Shown piece by piece: positions 34,982-44,246 of a stretch of DNA of 64,000 bases. Source of the DNA: Candidatus Undinarchaeota archaeon. Its GTDB lineage: Archaea > SpSt-1190 > JASMDC01. Made by a program: the position numbers and the translations under genes. Where the stretch lies: the NCBI GenBank assembly GCA_964519305.1, contig CAZFHY010000013.1, positions 1 to 64,000 of the forward strand, given 5' to 3'. Numbering within the stretch: position 1 is the stretch's first letter; every line of letters starts with the position of its first letter. The notes under the pieces were generated by a model. That model was not told the DNA's origin. It did no database searches and saw only the letters and a program-made list of their open reading frames with translations.

Positions 34982-37711
34982 GTGTCAGCATCGATCGCCT
35001 GGGAGGTCATCAGGGGAACTGTGCTCCTTTTTGGGACCGTCGTTCTACCCGGCGTCCTGCTAGAGCGGGTGCTGGCGCGCTCCCGGTCTCGCGCTGAGAT
35101 AGCGTTCCTCGCCCCTGTTCTTGGTATTGTCGTGGTCGGGACACTGACGACCTGTCTGGCATTCCTCCTCGGGACCGTGCTAACTGAACGACTTCTCATC
35201 ATAGGTGCCGGGTTGACGGTCCTTGCGTCCATGATGGCGCTCGGAGGACGCATTCCCTCGTGGCCCAGTCCACCCACACGGAACGAGCTGATCCAAGGCC
35301 TCTCAATCGTGGCCATGGTGGCCGTTGTGACGGCTTTCCACTGGTCGGTCTATGACGTGTCCAATCCCGCCATCAACATGCGTTGCTCCGTGATGATCGA
35401 GCGCTACCTCCTGGGTCTGCCGCCTTACTGCCGTCTTAACTCGGACATCGTAGCGGTGCTCCAACCCCCCACGAGTCTGCCCGAGGACATGGCGATGACC
35501 TGTCCGGACGATCCTACCTGTTCCTATCGCGAGGAGGTCTACTATCCCGTCAAGCTAGGTAGTTCACAGGGAAAGTTCCGGGCGGCGTTCTTCGGAGACG
35601 GCCAGTTCGGGTACCCGATAATCATGTCACCTTTCCTTATCTCGCTACGGTTCCTCGGTTTCCATCTGTTCGTTCTCATCACGCGTGCCCTCTGCGCTAT
35701 GGGTACGTACGTCCTGCTGCGCCGTGTGCTCGGAGGACATGGTGTACCCCTCCTCATCGGCGCCCTCGTCATGCTCAATCCGGTAGCGGCCTTCGCAATC
35801 ACGCACAACGAGAACCTCGCCGGGATGTTCCTCGCAACGGCCATGATGCTCCTTGTGCTGGAGGACGGACCCTTCGATGGACGTCGGTTGTTCGCAGCGG
35901 GTATGGTCCTGGGCGCGCTCTTTGGAGCACGCCATTTCATCGCGACCTCTGCTCCGGCTGTGTTCCTGTACGTGGCCCTCTCCCGCCAGCCGGTCCGCAG
36001 AGAGCGCCACCTCATGCTCCTGGCGGCCGGAACGCTCATCACACTCCTACCTTACCTGCACTGGCACCAGTACTTGTTCGGTAGCTTCATGGGTAACGAG
36101 CTGGCGTACCAGCGTGAGCCTGTGGCATACTCATTCCTCGGTACGACCGTCCGCTCCCGCCTCCTCCTGAACTGGCCCTTCTACGATACACTGGTCAGAG
36201 CCCCGAGCTTGCCCCTACCCACCCCCTTCCTCCTCGGCGTCACCTTCCTTCATGCCTTTGGGGTGGTCGGCGCAGCAGCGGGTGTTCTGGGCGTGGTTCA
36301 TCTTACACGCGAGCACCGGGACCTCTCCGTCCTCCTTGTATTGTGGTCCCTTCCCGCCGTCGCCACCATGGCGTTGGTTGCCGACTGGAACTCTCTCAAA
36401 TGCACTTATCTCTTCCTAGTATTCATCGCACCTGCGATGTGGATCGGAGCGGGGATCGACCGCCTCGTACGAGCCCGCGACAAACGGGATCTCGCGCTCG
36501 TAGTGGCTGCTGTGATAGTGCTCTTGGCCACCTCCCGATGGGCAGGTGGACTGGTCTTCCCCATCGATAGTCGCCGTCCCGGTTTCGATTACGGCCCCGA
36601 TGCGTTCGACCGGGACCGTTCCAAATGGACGGATGTGCCACTACTACACGGCGGGCTCAGCCCTTTCGTCCCTATCGCGCCCATGAGCCCAGAGGCGTCC
36701 CCGCCATTCAGGCTCTTCCGGTGGAGCGACGCCCTGAGCTTCCGCGACGACCGAATGGTCTATTCGCCGTGCACGGTCTACGTCGGAGCCCTACCTGGGA
36801 AGGTCGACACACACAGTGCTGAGCTCCCTCTGCGTTACCGGGACCGCACATTTGCGAGCGAGTTCATCATGAACGCCAACTCGGTCTGGAACGCCGACGC
36901 GCTCATGCACGTATCCCGTATCCTCTCGTTCAACGAATTCTACTTCAACCGGACCTTGGGGACGCGTCTGGATCCCAACCTGCTGCTTGTCGACGCCCTC
37001 CGGGGCCGGGAGCCTGCAATGCTGGAGGCACGCCTCGTCGAGCTCCTTGACGTCACCCCTTCGCGGGTACCCCTCCTCATCGCGCTCGGGGACACCGCCA
37101 CAGCAACGACCTTTGCGGGAGGGGGGATGGCCGCATTGTTGCCCGTCCGGTTCACATCGACCGGTCTGGAGAAGGGTAATTACCAGCCAGCGGACCATGT
37201 GCTCACCCGGCCTGAGGCGATTATTGGAAGGGCTTCGGTCGAGCCACGAGTCGATGCTGAAGTGGTATGGCGATACGAGGACGGAATCCCTCTTCTAGTT
37301 CGAGGGCAGGTGCACGGTCATGAGTCTTGGTTCCTCAATGCGCTCCTCCCCTTCGAAGAGGCGCACGAGGCATCGGCTGTTCTCCATGATTCAATGGTGC
37401 GGGCAAAGGGATCTGCAGTCCGGATATCTCTTGATGAGCGGGACGATATCGTTAGACTGGACATGACCCCAATGTCCAACTCCGCAGTCCCCGATCACAT
37501 CCTACCTACCGTCAGCCTGGTGCCGACAACCGTGGAAATGCAGACGGTGGAGGTGCTCGACCTGATGTTCCCCCCCACGATAGGGCAGGTTATCCTCTCG
37601 GTCGAAGGTGAAACGGTCCATACGGTCACGCTGAACAATCCCTCCTCCTACACGATCATGTCGGGACCAGTCCCTGTGGCTAGACTCGTTTTACGGCCAG
37701 AAAGCGTCTAG
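34982..37711 (+). CDS. Large multi-pass membrane protein, putative GT-C, paralog 2
   Basis: Collinear with paralog 1 (YDVSNP..MRCS, MTCPDDP.C, GDGQ.GYP, NELAY, NWPF, VDAE.VWRYED). Confidence 0.7.
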   Translation: MSASIAWEVIRGTVLLFGTVVLPGVLLERVLARSRSRAEIAFLAPVLGIVVVGTLTTCLAFLLGTVLTERLLIIGAGLTVLASMMALGGRIPSWPSPPTRNELIQGLSIVAMVAVVTAFHWSVYDVSNPAINMRCSVMIERYLLGLPPYCRLNSDIVAVLQPPTSLPEDMAMTCPDDPTCSYREEVYYPVKLGSSQGKFRAAFFGDGQFGYPIIMSPFLISLRFLGFHLFVLITRALCAMGTYVLLRRVLGGHGVPLLIGALVMLNPVAAFAITHNENLAGMFLATAMMLLVLEDGPFDGRRLFAAGMVLGALFGARHFIATSAPAVFLYVALSRQPVRRERHLMLLAAGTLITLLPYLHWHQYLFGSFMGNELAYQREPVAYSFLGTTVRSRLLLNWPFYDTLVRAPSLPLPTPFLLGVTFLHAFGVVGAAAGVLGVVHLTREHRDLSVLLVLWSLPAVATMALVADWNSLKCTYLFLVFIAPAMWIGAGIDRLVRARDKRDLALVVAAVIVLLATSRWAGGLVFPIDSRRPGFDYGPDAFDRDRSKWTDVPLLHGGLSPFVPIAPMSPEASPPFRLFRWSDALSFRDDRMVYSPCTVYVGALPGKVDTHSAELPLRYRDRTFASEFIMNANSVWNADALMHVSRILSFNEFYFNRTLGTRLDPNLLLVDALRGREPAMLEARLVELLDVTPSRVPLLIALGDTATATTFAGGGMAALLPVRFTSTGLEKGNYQPADHVLTRPEAIIGRASVEPRVDAEVVWRYEDGIPLLVRGQVHGHESWFLNALLPFEEAHEASAVLHDSMVRAKGSAVRISLDERDDIVRLDMTPMSNSAVPDHILPTVSLVPTTVEMQTVEVLDLMFPPTIGQVILSVEGETVHTVTLNNPSSYTIMSGPVPVARLVLRPESV

Positions 37712-38043
37712 GCTGCCATGAGCCCGAACTGGAGCAGCACCACGAAGAACAGCATCCAGAGGATGGAGAAGGTGAAGAGATAGAAGGAGAGGCGGGACAG
37801 CCACTCGTACTGCTTTGAGTTGCGCTCCGCTGCCAAGGCCAGCACAGTTATGTAGCTGGTGAGGCCGAAGAAAACAACCGACGCGATGAGGTATATCCCT
37901 ATCATACCGGGCAGTGCCATCCCCGACATCTTGAGGGAGTAGAGGATTCCCACGACCGCCAAGCATATCCCCGCGAACTCGGCCGAGGTGTCGCAGATTG
38001 ACTCCAGTGCATCCCTGCTGATCCCTTTCTCCATGGAGGGCAT
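37708..38043 (-). CDS. Small 3-4 TM membrane protein
   Basis: Hydrophobic C-terminal part of the 188-aa ORF. Start placed at MPSMEK (or 38034). Confidence 0.6.
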   Translation of the reverse strand: MPSMEKGISRDALESICDTSAEFAGICLAVVGILYSLKMSGMALPGMIGIYLIASVVFFGLTSYITVLALAAERNSKQYEWLSRLSFYLFTFSILWMLFFVVLLQFGLMAA

Positions 38044-38086
38044 GTGCACGTCCTGGAGCTGGGCGTAGTAGGGATTCTCGCGAATG

Positions 38087-38644
38087 CTATCCGGTAGCGT
38101 TGACCTCACCCCCCATGAGCCGAAGGAACTCCTTCCTATTGGTCTCGTTGCATCCGAAGTCCACCCACTCCACCGTGAAGTTCTCATGGTCCTCGGCCCG
38201 GCGATGAAGCACATCGAATAGGCAGCAATGCCCGAGCAGTCGCTCGGCTTCCTTGAGCCGTGCACCACCTTCACCCAGCATCTTCCGGGCGAGGGTGACG
38301 TTCTGGCTCAGCAACCGACACTCCCGGGACTGTTGTAGGATAACACAACCGCCCGGTGAACACGTCACTTCGAACGGCTCGAAAGTGTCGTTCACACCAC
38401 CGACTCTATTGATGTTGTCACGGTGCTTGCCGAGAATGTCCTCACCCTGGATCTTGAGGGCGTCCTGACCCATGAACATCATACTGGTGAACATCCCGAG
38501 CACCGCTATTGCGATGAACAGGCAGGCCGCGAGCGGAGGGATACCGGAGAGGTCGAGCTCACCGGAGATCACCCACTCAACGATGATGACCAGGCACACG
38601 AACACGAAACCGAGCACAACCGCAAGGAAGATGAAGTCCAGCAT
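38087..38644 (-). CDS. Hypothetical membrane-anchored protein with Cys-containing soluble domain
   Basis: Two N-terminal TM helices followed by a domain with several Cys. Confidence 0.6.
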   Translation of the reverse strand: MLDFIFLAVVLGFVFVCLVIIVEWVISGELDLSGIPPLAACLFIAIAVLGMFTSMMFMGQDALKIQGEDILGKHRDNINRVGGVNDTFEPFEVTCSPGGCVILQQSRECRLLSQNVTLARKMLGEGGARLKEAERLLGHCCLFDVLHRRAEDHENFTVEWVDFGCNETNRKEFLRLMGGEVNATG

Positions 38645-38668
38645 CGGGGGAGGGGAGGGTAGTTGAAC

Positions 38669-40963
38669 CTATTTAAACTCTTGGCCCTCGTGCCCGATCT
38701 CTGCTTTGACAGGGGGTCCGCCCGTTATGCGAGTGATGGAGATCCGACCATCTGACTCCGCCTCAACGACGATCTCCGATATGTCCCGGAGCATGGCCAG
38801 ACTCTCAGCAGTGCATATCTTCGCGTCCACACCGAGCACAAGAGCAGAATCGTTGCTCTCGCACAGCGACTTCACATGCGAAGCGAACTTGTAGAGCAGA
38901 GTCGTATCTTCCTTCAAGGCCGACGGTGGAAGTTCCAGAACAGTACAAACGGATCCGATCGGGAAGGACTGGAAGGCACGCCGGAGCTCCCAGGATATCG
39001 TGTTGAGCGTAGCTCCGATGAGATTACATCCCGGCCCCATTTCTTTTGATGTGTCCATGTTGGGATCGACAGATAACAGTCTGAGCCTACCCTGGACGAG
39101 TGCGTCATCGATAGGATCAAGTCGCGCCATCAAACGTTTGAGTATCGTGTGACGTGCCTGCGATACCCATATAGCATGGCGGTGGTGGCGCAGGTTCTTC
39201 GTGATGAACGTGGAGTAGAAATGCTCCTTAGCAAAACCGGGACTGTGGATCAGGAGCACCGAGAAATGGGCGGGGATATGTCCTGCGGGTTGATCTATTG
39301 CCTCGAATCCCCATGGATGGCCGGGCGCGAAGAGCGCATTCGTGAATAGGTCCGTAAGACCTGCCGCCTGGAATATCGGTCGTTCGGCAACAGGTCGGAC
39401 GTTGAGGTCGATTATATGCTTTATATCGTCCCGGCTCATTATGTTCTTGAGCTTCAAATGTATCTCGGCAAGGGTCCGCCGATAGCGAGCTACGAGCTCA
39501 GCGTAGGCTTTTTTTCTCCCCCGTGCCTTGCGCAGCTGCTCCATCGTATCGGCGACATCAACGATTGGGGGTCCTTTCTTCGTCGCAGTGACAGCCTCCT
39601 TCCCCCATATCTCCTCCAGCGTCTGTATGAGGATGCTGCGGAAACCGGCCTCCAGTGGTAGTGCTGGGAAGAGAGCGGTGAACGCGTCCTCCATACCTTG
39701 AACGGCTACACGGTCCTTGGGCATGATGAAACCGGCCACGGCCGGAGGCAGGTTATCGGTATCGTCACCGAACAGCCGGTACAGCTCCTTCCGTAGCTGC
39801 TCCTCTGAGTACTTACGATCGGTATTGGGTGGCGAGAGCGTGGTGAGCAGATTGATCATTCCATTGAAGATGAGTGAGAGGTCATCGACGTTGTCGCCGT
39901 CCTCGAGGTCGATGGTATGTGCATCGAAAGTCCTGTCCTGAGCATCGAACGATAGGTCGCGTAGTGCGGGATTCTCGGCCTTCACCTCGTTCACAAGCGC
40001 CTCCAGTTCCACGGTCCTGATGAACCTTCCAGCGAGGTCACAGATCGCTTCGACCATTGTCTCGCCGGCCCCCTCGTCCTCCTCTCGATGACGTTCCTTG
40101 GTCGGTACCGTACCGAAGGAGGCGTTCAGCATGGCGAGGGCCTGCACCTGAATACCAAGCCCTATGATGGAGCACAGGAATCCCAGGGATACAAAGATGA
40201 ACGTCTCACTGAACACGCGGATCCTGAGATGTGGCGACATCATGTACGCCTCGGCCGCGTACATGCCGACGAACATGATCATCAGCACGTAGTATACCAT
40301 TAGCTCTTGGAGGTTCTTGAACGAGGGGATACGCTTGAGGAGTTGGCTGGTTATCTTAGCACCATACGCTACAATGAGGATAAATGACACCGTGATCGCT
40401 GTAACGAACGGGCCGAGAACGGTCTCTACGTTCAATGGCGGGGCCCACATGAATGGGAGGATAGCGCTACCGAGAGTTATGATGGCGGCTGAGGCCAGAT
40501 AACGAGAGTTTGCAGGAGCGTAGAGATCGGGCTCCAGCGAGAATACCGTGCACCATGAGCGGAAGAAGGCCAAGGCCGTAACCACCATGATGAGTACGAG
40601 GAGGAGCCTTATGCCTGTGAGTGCAACGGGGACCGTGGCAAGACGTTCTTCGTAAAGTGCATTGGGAACTGCGAACTCGCTAGCGTTAATGAGCACGAGA
40701 CCAAGCACGATGAGCAGGTGACCGAGCGTCATAGCATCCCAAACGCGCGACTTGACATTGTCATTGATCTCTGCAACGGCCACAAGGAGCGCATAGAGCG
40801 CAAGGATCCAAACAACCAGGACCAGACCGACGTGCAAGGGGGAGTAGGTATCAATGGCCAGATCGGTCGCTGCCATCCCCTGGACGGGGAGAAGAACGGC
40901 CGCCAAGGCCACGAGAGCGAACAAGCTCCCCCTAATCGATCTTGGCTTCGCCACTTCGTTCAC
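38669..40963 (-). CDS. Multi-TM protein with C-terminal degenerate KaiC/RAD55-like RecA-fold domain
   Basis: About 8 TM helices, then PWGFEAIDQPAGHIP..SVLLIHSPGFAKE..AIWVS..LRDISEIVVE. Confidence 0.75.
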   Translation of the reverse strand: MNEVAKPRSIRGSLFALVALAAVLLPVQGMAATDLAIDTYSPLHVGLVLVVWILALYALLVAVAEINDNVKSRVWDAMTLGHLLIVLGLVLINASEFAVPNALYEERLATVPVALTGIRLLLVLIMVVTALAFFRSWCTVFSLEPDLYAPANSRYLASAAIITLGSAILPFMWAPPLNVETVLGPFVTAITVSFILIVAYGAKITSQLLKRIPSFKNLQELMVYYVLMIMFVGMYAAEAYMMSPHLRIRVFSETFIFVSLGFLCSIIGLGIQVQALAMLNASFGTVPTKERHREEDEGAGETMVEAICDLAGRFIRTVELEALVNEVKAENPALRDLSFDAQDRTFDAHTIDLEDGDNVDDLSLIFNGMINLLTTLSPPNTDRKYSEEQLRKELYRLFGDDTDNLPPAVAGFIMPKDRVAVQGMEDAFTALFPALPLEAGFRSILIQTLEEIWGKEAVTATKKGPPIVDVADTMEQLRKARGRKKAYAELVARYRRTLAEIHLKLKNIMSRDDIKHIIDLNVRPVAERPIFQAAGLTDLFTNALFAPGHPWGFEAIDQPAGHIPAHFSVLLIHSPGFAKEHFYSTFITKNLRHHRHAIWVSQARHTILKRLMARLDPIDDALVQGRLRLLSVDPNMDTSKEMGPGCNLIGATLNTISWELRRAFQSFPIGSVCTVLELPPSALKEDTTLLYKFASHVKSLCESNDSALVLGVDAKICTAESLAMLRDISEIVVEAESDGRISITRITGGPPVKAEIGHEGQEFK

Positions 40964-43142
40964 CTGACATTGCGTTGATTATTAAGGTATCCGCTCCCTG
41001 CGCTCGGGCCACCGTTTCGCACATCCCCTCAAGGACCGTGCGAGCGACGCCTGTAAGCGTACGCTCGTTCACGACCACCATGAGGAGCGCACGATGCGCC
41101 TCACAAACGCCCTTGATGCGGTAAAGACTCTTGTATAGGTCCTCATCCTCCTCGTCCAGTGCAGCTATAGGGAGCTCTACTACCACCATCGTGGCATTGG
41201 GAGGGTGTCCCCGGAAAAGATTTGAGAGCGTCGAGGCCATGTTATTGAGCTCGGGGCTCACCGATACAATGCCCGGTCCTATCTCGCGCTTACCGCTCGT
41301 TCGGGGATCGAGCGTGCAGAAAACGAGGCGTCCCACCTCACGTAGCGCGTCCACGTCGATGCCCCCCTCGGTCCTCAGAACCCGCCGCAGCGTGCTGGCG
41401 CGGGCCTGCGAAAGCCAGATCGCGTTCCTCCAAGCCGCGAGGTTCGCACCGAGGAACCTGGATATGAAGAGCTCCTTAGCAAATCCCGTACCATGAACGA
41501 CCATGATTGAGTACTTGGCATCCATCCGACCTGCAACGTCATCAAGTCCTTCTGAACCCCAGGAATGGTCAATTGTAAAGAACGCATTAGCGAATAGATC
41601 GTTGATCCCTGCCGCCGTGTATAGCGGGGATGATGAGATAGGTCCTAGACGTTTGGTGAGCGCTTCCTGGAGTTGTTCGCGTCCAATTACTCGTTCCAGT
41701 CTGAGGCATAATCGAGCGTAGCTACCCAACCAAGCTTCCTCCACGTCTTCGATTGGCCATCGGGCCGCAAAGCCGTTGATGTCCACGATGACAGCACCAT
41801 CCTCAGTGTGCTCGACGTACTCTGAGCCCCAGACCTCTGCGAGTTCTTCGGCCACGAGAGATCCGACGAGATCTGTCCCGACAATCGAGAGGAATCCATC
41901 CAGAGCCTCATCCACACCTTTGACTACGGCCTCCTCGCGGTCCATGAGGAAGCCGGCTATCCCGGGCGGGAGACAGTCTAGTTTGTCAGTTACACCTTTC
42001 CGGACCACTCTTCTGACGCGCTCTTGCGTATACCCCGACTCCGCAAGAGGAGGGATAGCTCCATCGAGAAAGCTTACCAAGCGATGGAAGAACGAGGACA
42101 GGTCCGCGAGCGTTTTCTCGTCGCTCAGGTCCAGGTCGCCAATAACGAACTGTTGTGCCTCTGCATCGATACTGACCTCTGCAAGAGATGGATGGTCGGA
42201 CTCCATCTCGTTCAGGAGACGTTCGACGGCGCCCACATCGAGGAAGAGGGGGAGCAGGCGGGATAGCACCTCCTCTGTCGGGCCTTGGGTTGCAGTGCGA
42301 CGCATCCCTGAGACATCCTTGAGCACAACGGCAATGGTGAACAATCGTAGTGCCCTGGTCTGGAGCACGAAGCCGATGAGGAGAACGGCCGCCCCCGCAT
42401 AGGAATAGAACGCCGTGTGGGCCAGCATGCGCTGGAGCTCGACCTCCTCAAGGGACCAGACCTCGAGCATTGAGACTATCACCAGAGCAACGAGCATGAC
42501 CGCATACACGGCCATCCAAACGAGGCGTGATTGGGCCGGATTGTCTCGGATGATGAGGAGTGACGTTGTGGTTAGATAGAGGGCGAAAACGATTATCGCG
42601 ATCCCTGCGATCGATGGGAATAACAGTGTGCTAGAAGTGACCTCGATGACCGGATGCCACACGGCAGGGAGCACGGTGGCCACACCTGTCAAGGCAAGGG
42701 CCACAAGTAGGAAATGGATGGTCCCCGGTGAGAAGGGAGCGGGTCTGATCCGAAGCGCGCGGCACCACTCCACAAGAATGAAGAACCCGGAGAGGGCCAT
42801 AGTGAAGAGGAGCACGGCCTTACCGCCGACAAGGTTCGCCCTTGCCGCGAATAATTCAACGGGTAATGAGAGATAGCTGGCAAGGAGGAGAGCCATACCC
42901 AGAACGGACACCACCTGACCTATTGCCAGATAGTCCCATGCCCTGGTCCTGAGCCGCATCTTCAGCTCACGAGCGTAGACGAGTACAAGGAAGAATATGA
43001 GGGTCCATACACCGTTGATGAGAACCGTGGCAGCAAGGGGCAGGTCATGGATTGCGAGCTGTTCCGCACTAAGAGCAGGGATCAAGAGTAGAAAAAGGAC
43101 GATGGGCAGGCCTAGAATGACTCTTGTTAAGACTGCCGCCAT
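40932..43142 (-). CDS. Paralogous multi-TM protein with degenerate KaiC/RAD55-like domain
   Basis: SWGSEGLDDVAGRM..SIMVVHGTGFAKE..AIWLSQAR. Shares LPP..AGF.M and AAG..DLF.NA.F with its neighbour. Confidence 0.75.
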   Translation of the reverse strand: MAAVLTRVILGLPIVLFLLLIPALSAEQLAIHDLPLAATVLINGVWTLIFFLVLVYARELKMRLRTRAWDYLAIGQVVSVLGMALLLASYLSLPVELFAARANLVGGKAVLLFTMALSGFFILVEWCRALRIRPAPFSPGTIHFLLVALALTGVATVLPAVWHPVIEVTSSTLLFPSIAGIAIIVFALYLTTTSLLIIRDNPAQSRLVWMAVYAVMLVALVIVSMLEVWSLEEVELQRMLAHTAFYSYAGAAVLLIGFVLQTRALRLFTIAVVLKDVSGMRRTATQGPTEEVLSRLLPLFLDVGAVERLLNEMESDHPSLAEVSIDAEAQQFVIGDLDLSDEKTLADLSSFFHRLVSFLDGAIPPLAESGYTQERVRRVVRKGVTDKLDCLPPGIAGFLMDREEAVVKGVDEALDGFLSIVGTDLVGSLVAEELAEVWGSEYVEHTEDGAVIVDINGFAARWPIEDVEEAWLGSYARLCLRLERVIGREQLQEALTKRLGPISSSPLYTAAGINDLFANAFFTIDHSWGSEGLDDVAGRMDAKYSIMVVHGTGFAKELFISRFLGANLAAWRNAIWLSQARASTLRRVLRTEGGIDVDALREVGRLVFCTLDPRTSGKREIGPGIVSVSPELNNMASTLSNLFRGHPPNATMVVVELPIAALDEEDEDLYKSLYRIKGVCEAHRALLMVVVNERTLTGVARTVLEGMCETVARAQGADTLIINAMSGERSGEAKID

Positions 43143-43198
43143 CGCTGCCTAGCACTCTGACAATGCTTTAAATGCCTATGGTGGTGCCCGCGGAAGGC

Positions 43199-44203
43199 CT
43201 AATCCCTGCCGCCAGTAGCTTTGAAGAAACTCCCGAACGCATCATTGGACGCTGTGTTATAGACTGGTGCTGCGGAGAAGGCACCTCGACGCATGGTACC
43301 AAAGCCCCGGTCCACCGAGGTGGGCTTGCGCATCTGGAGCGTGGACATACGCTGAGATGACGCGAAGTTGCCGGCGATCCTCCCGGGATCGAGCATCTTG
43401 ATCTTGGCATTCTTGATCATGCCACTGTTGGCATTGAAGCTCTTGAGGGCTTTTGAGAATTTCCCGGGTTTCCCGCCCTCACCGGACGTCCAGAACTTCT
43501 TACGTTCCTCGGGCGTCACCGACATCACATAGAAGAGGATATCGAGGATCGCGTCCATAGCAACGAGTACGAACGTACCGGTGAGCATGAAGATCGTGAA
43601 GGTCATGGGATCGGTGGTGGCATTGAATATGGTCGTCTCGACCCAGCGGATGAGACCATTGAGCACGCCGCCACGGGCACCGACGAGAGCCATTGCCGTA
43701 GCAATATAGGTACATGTGCGATCAGAGAGCACCGATGAATAGACTAGGAGCGCCATGCACATGTGGAAGAGGATGTAGATGGGTACTATGATCGATATGA
43801 TGAACTCGAGAGAGAACCCTGCCCGGAGCTCTGCCTCGAGAAAGGCCGAGATAAAGTCGAGGAAGATTACTATTCCTCCTTTCAACTGCTCTGTTGCGTA
43901 CTGGAGCGGTTGCCCAACGCTCGCCTGGATATCCAGGTGCAGAGCGTGCTTTGCGAACATGAAGATGATAAAGAGCACCAGCACCATGAAGTAGTAGGAA
44001 CCGAACCACTTCTCACCGGCCGCCTCCAGTATCAGGAAGAGGAGGAATCCAACGCCCACGATTATCCACAGGTAGGCCTCATTGGGAACTATGAGCATAT
44101 AGTAGAGCATAGCAAAGAGAGTGACTACCGGATAATTAGCGAAAAGAACAAAGGCTATGAGCGTCCAAGACAGCAGCATGAACTTGGGCGTGAACTCCAG
44201 CAT
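43199..44203 (-). CDS. Hypothetical multi-pass membrane protein with basic low-complexity tail
   Basis: 334-aa ORF, about 6-7 TM helices, AT-rich promoter upstream. Confidence 0.7.
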   Translation of the reverse strand: MLEFTPKFMLLSWTLIAFVLFANYPVVTLFAMLYYMLIVPNEAYLWIIVGVGFLLFLILEAAGEKWFGSYYFMVLVLFIIFMFAKHALHLDIQASVGQPLQYATEQLKGGIVIFLDFISAFLEAELRAGFSLEFIISIIVPIYILFHMCMALLVYSSVLSDRTCTYIATAMALVGARGGVLNGLIRWVETTIFNATTDPMTFTIFMLTGTFVLVAMDAILDILFYVMSVTPEERKKFWTSGEGGKPGKFSKALKSFNANSGMIKNAKIKMLDPGRIAGNFASSQRMSTLQMRKPTSVDRGFGTMRRGAFSAAPVYNTASNDAFGSFFKATGGRD

Positions 44204-44246
44204 TTCAAAAACTATATATTTGAGTTGTCCTATTTATAGTTTCTGA

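Noticed and set aside
32653-35515. Near-identical DNA patches between the tandem membrane genes as DGR or gene-conversion tracts
   Set aside because: They are short, fall in conserved protein motifs, and are adequately explained by paralogy.
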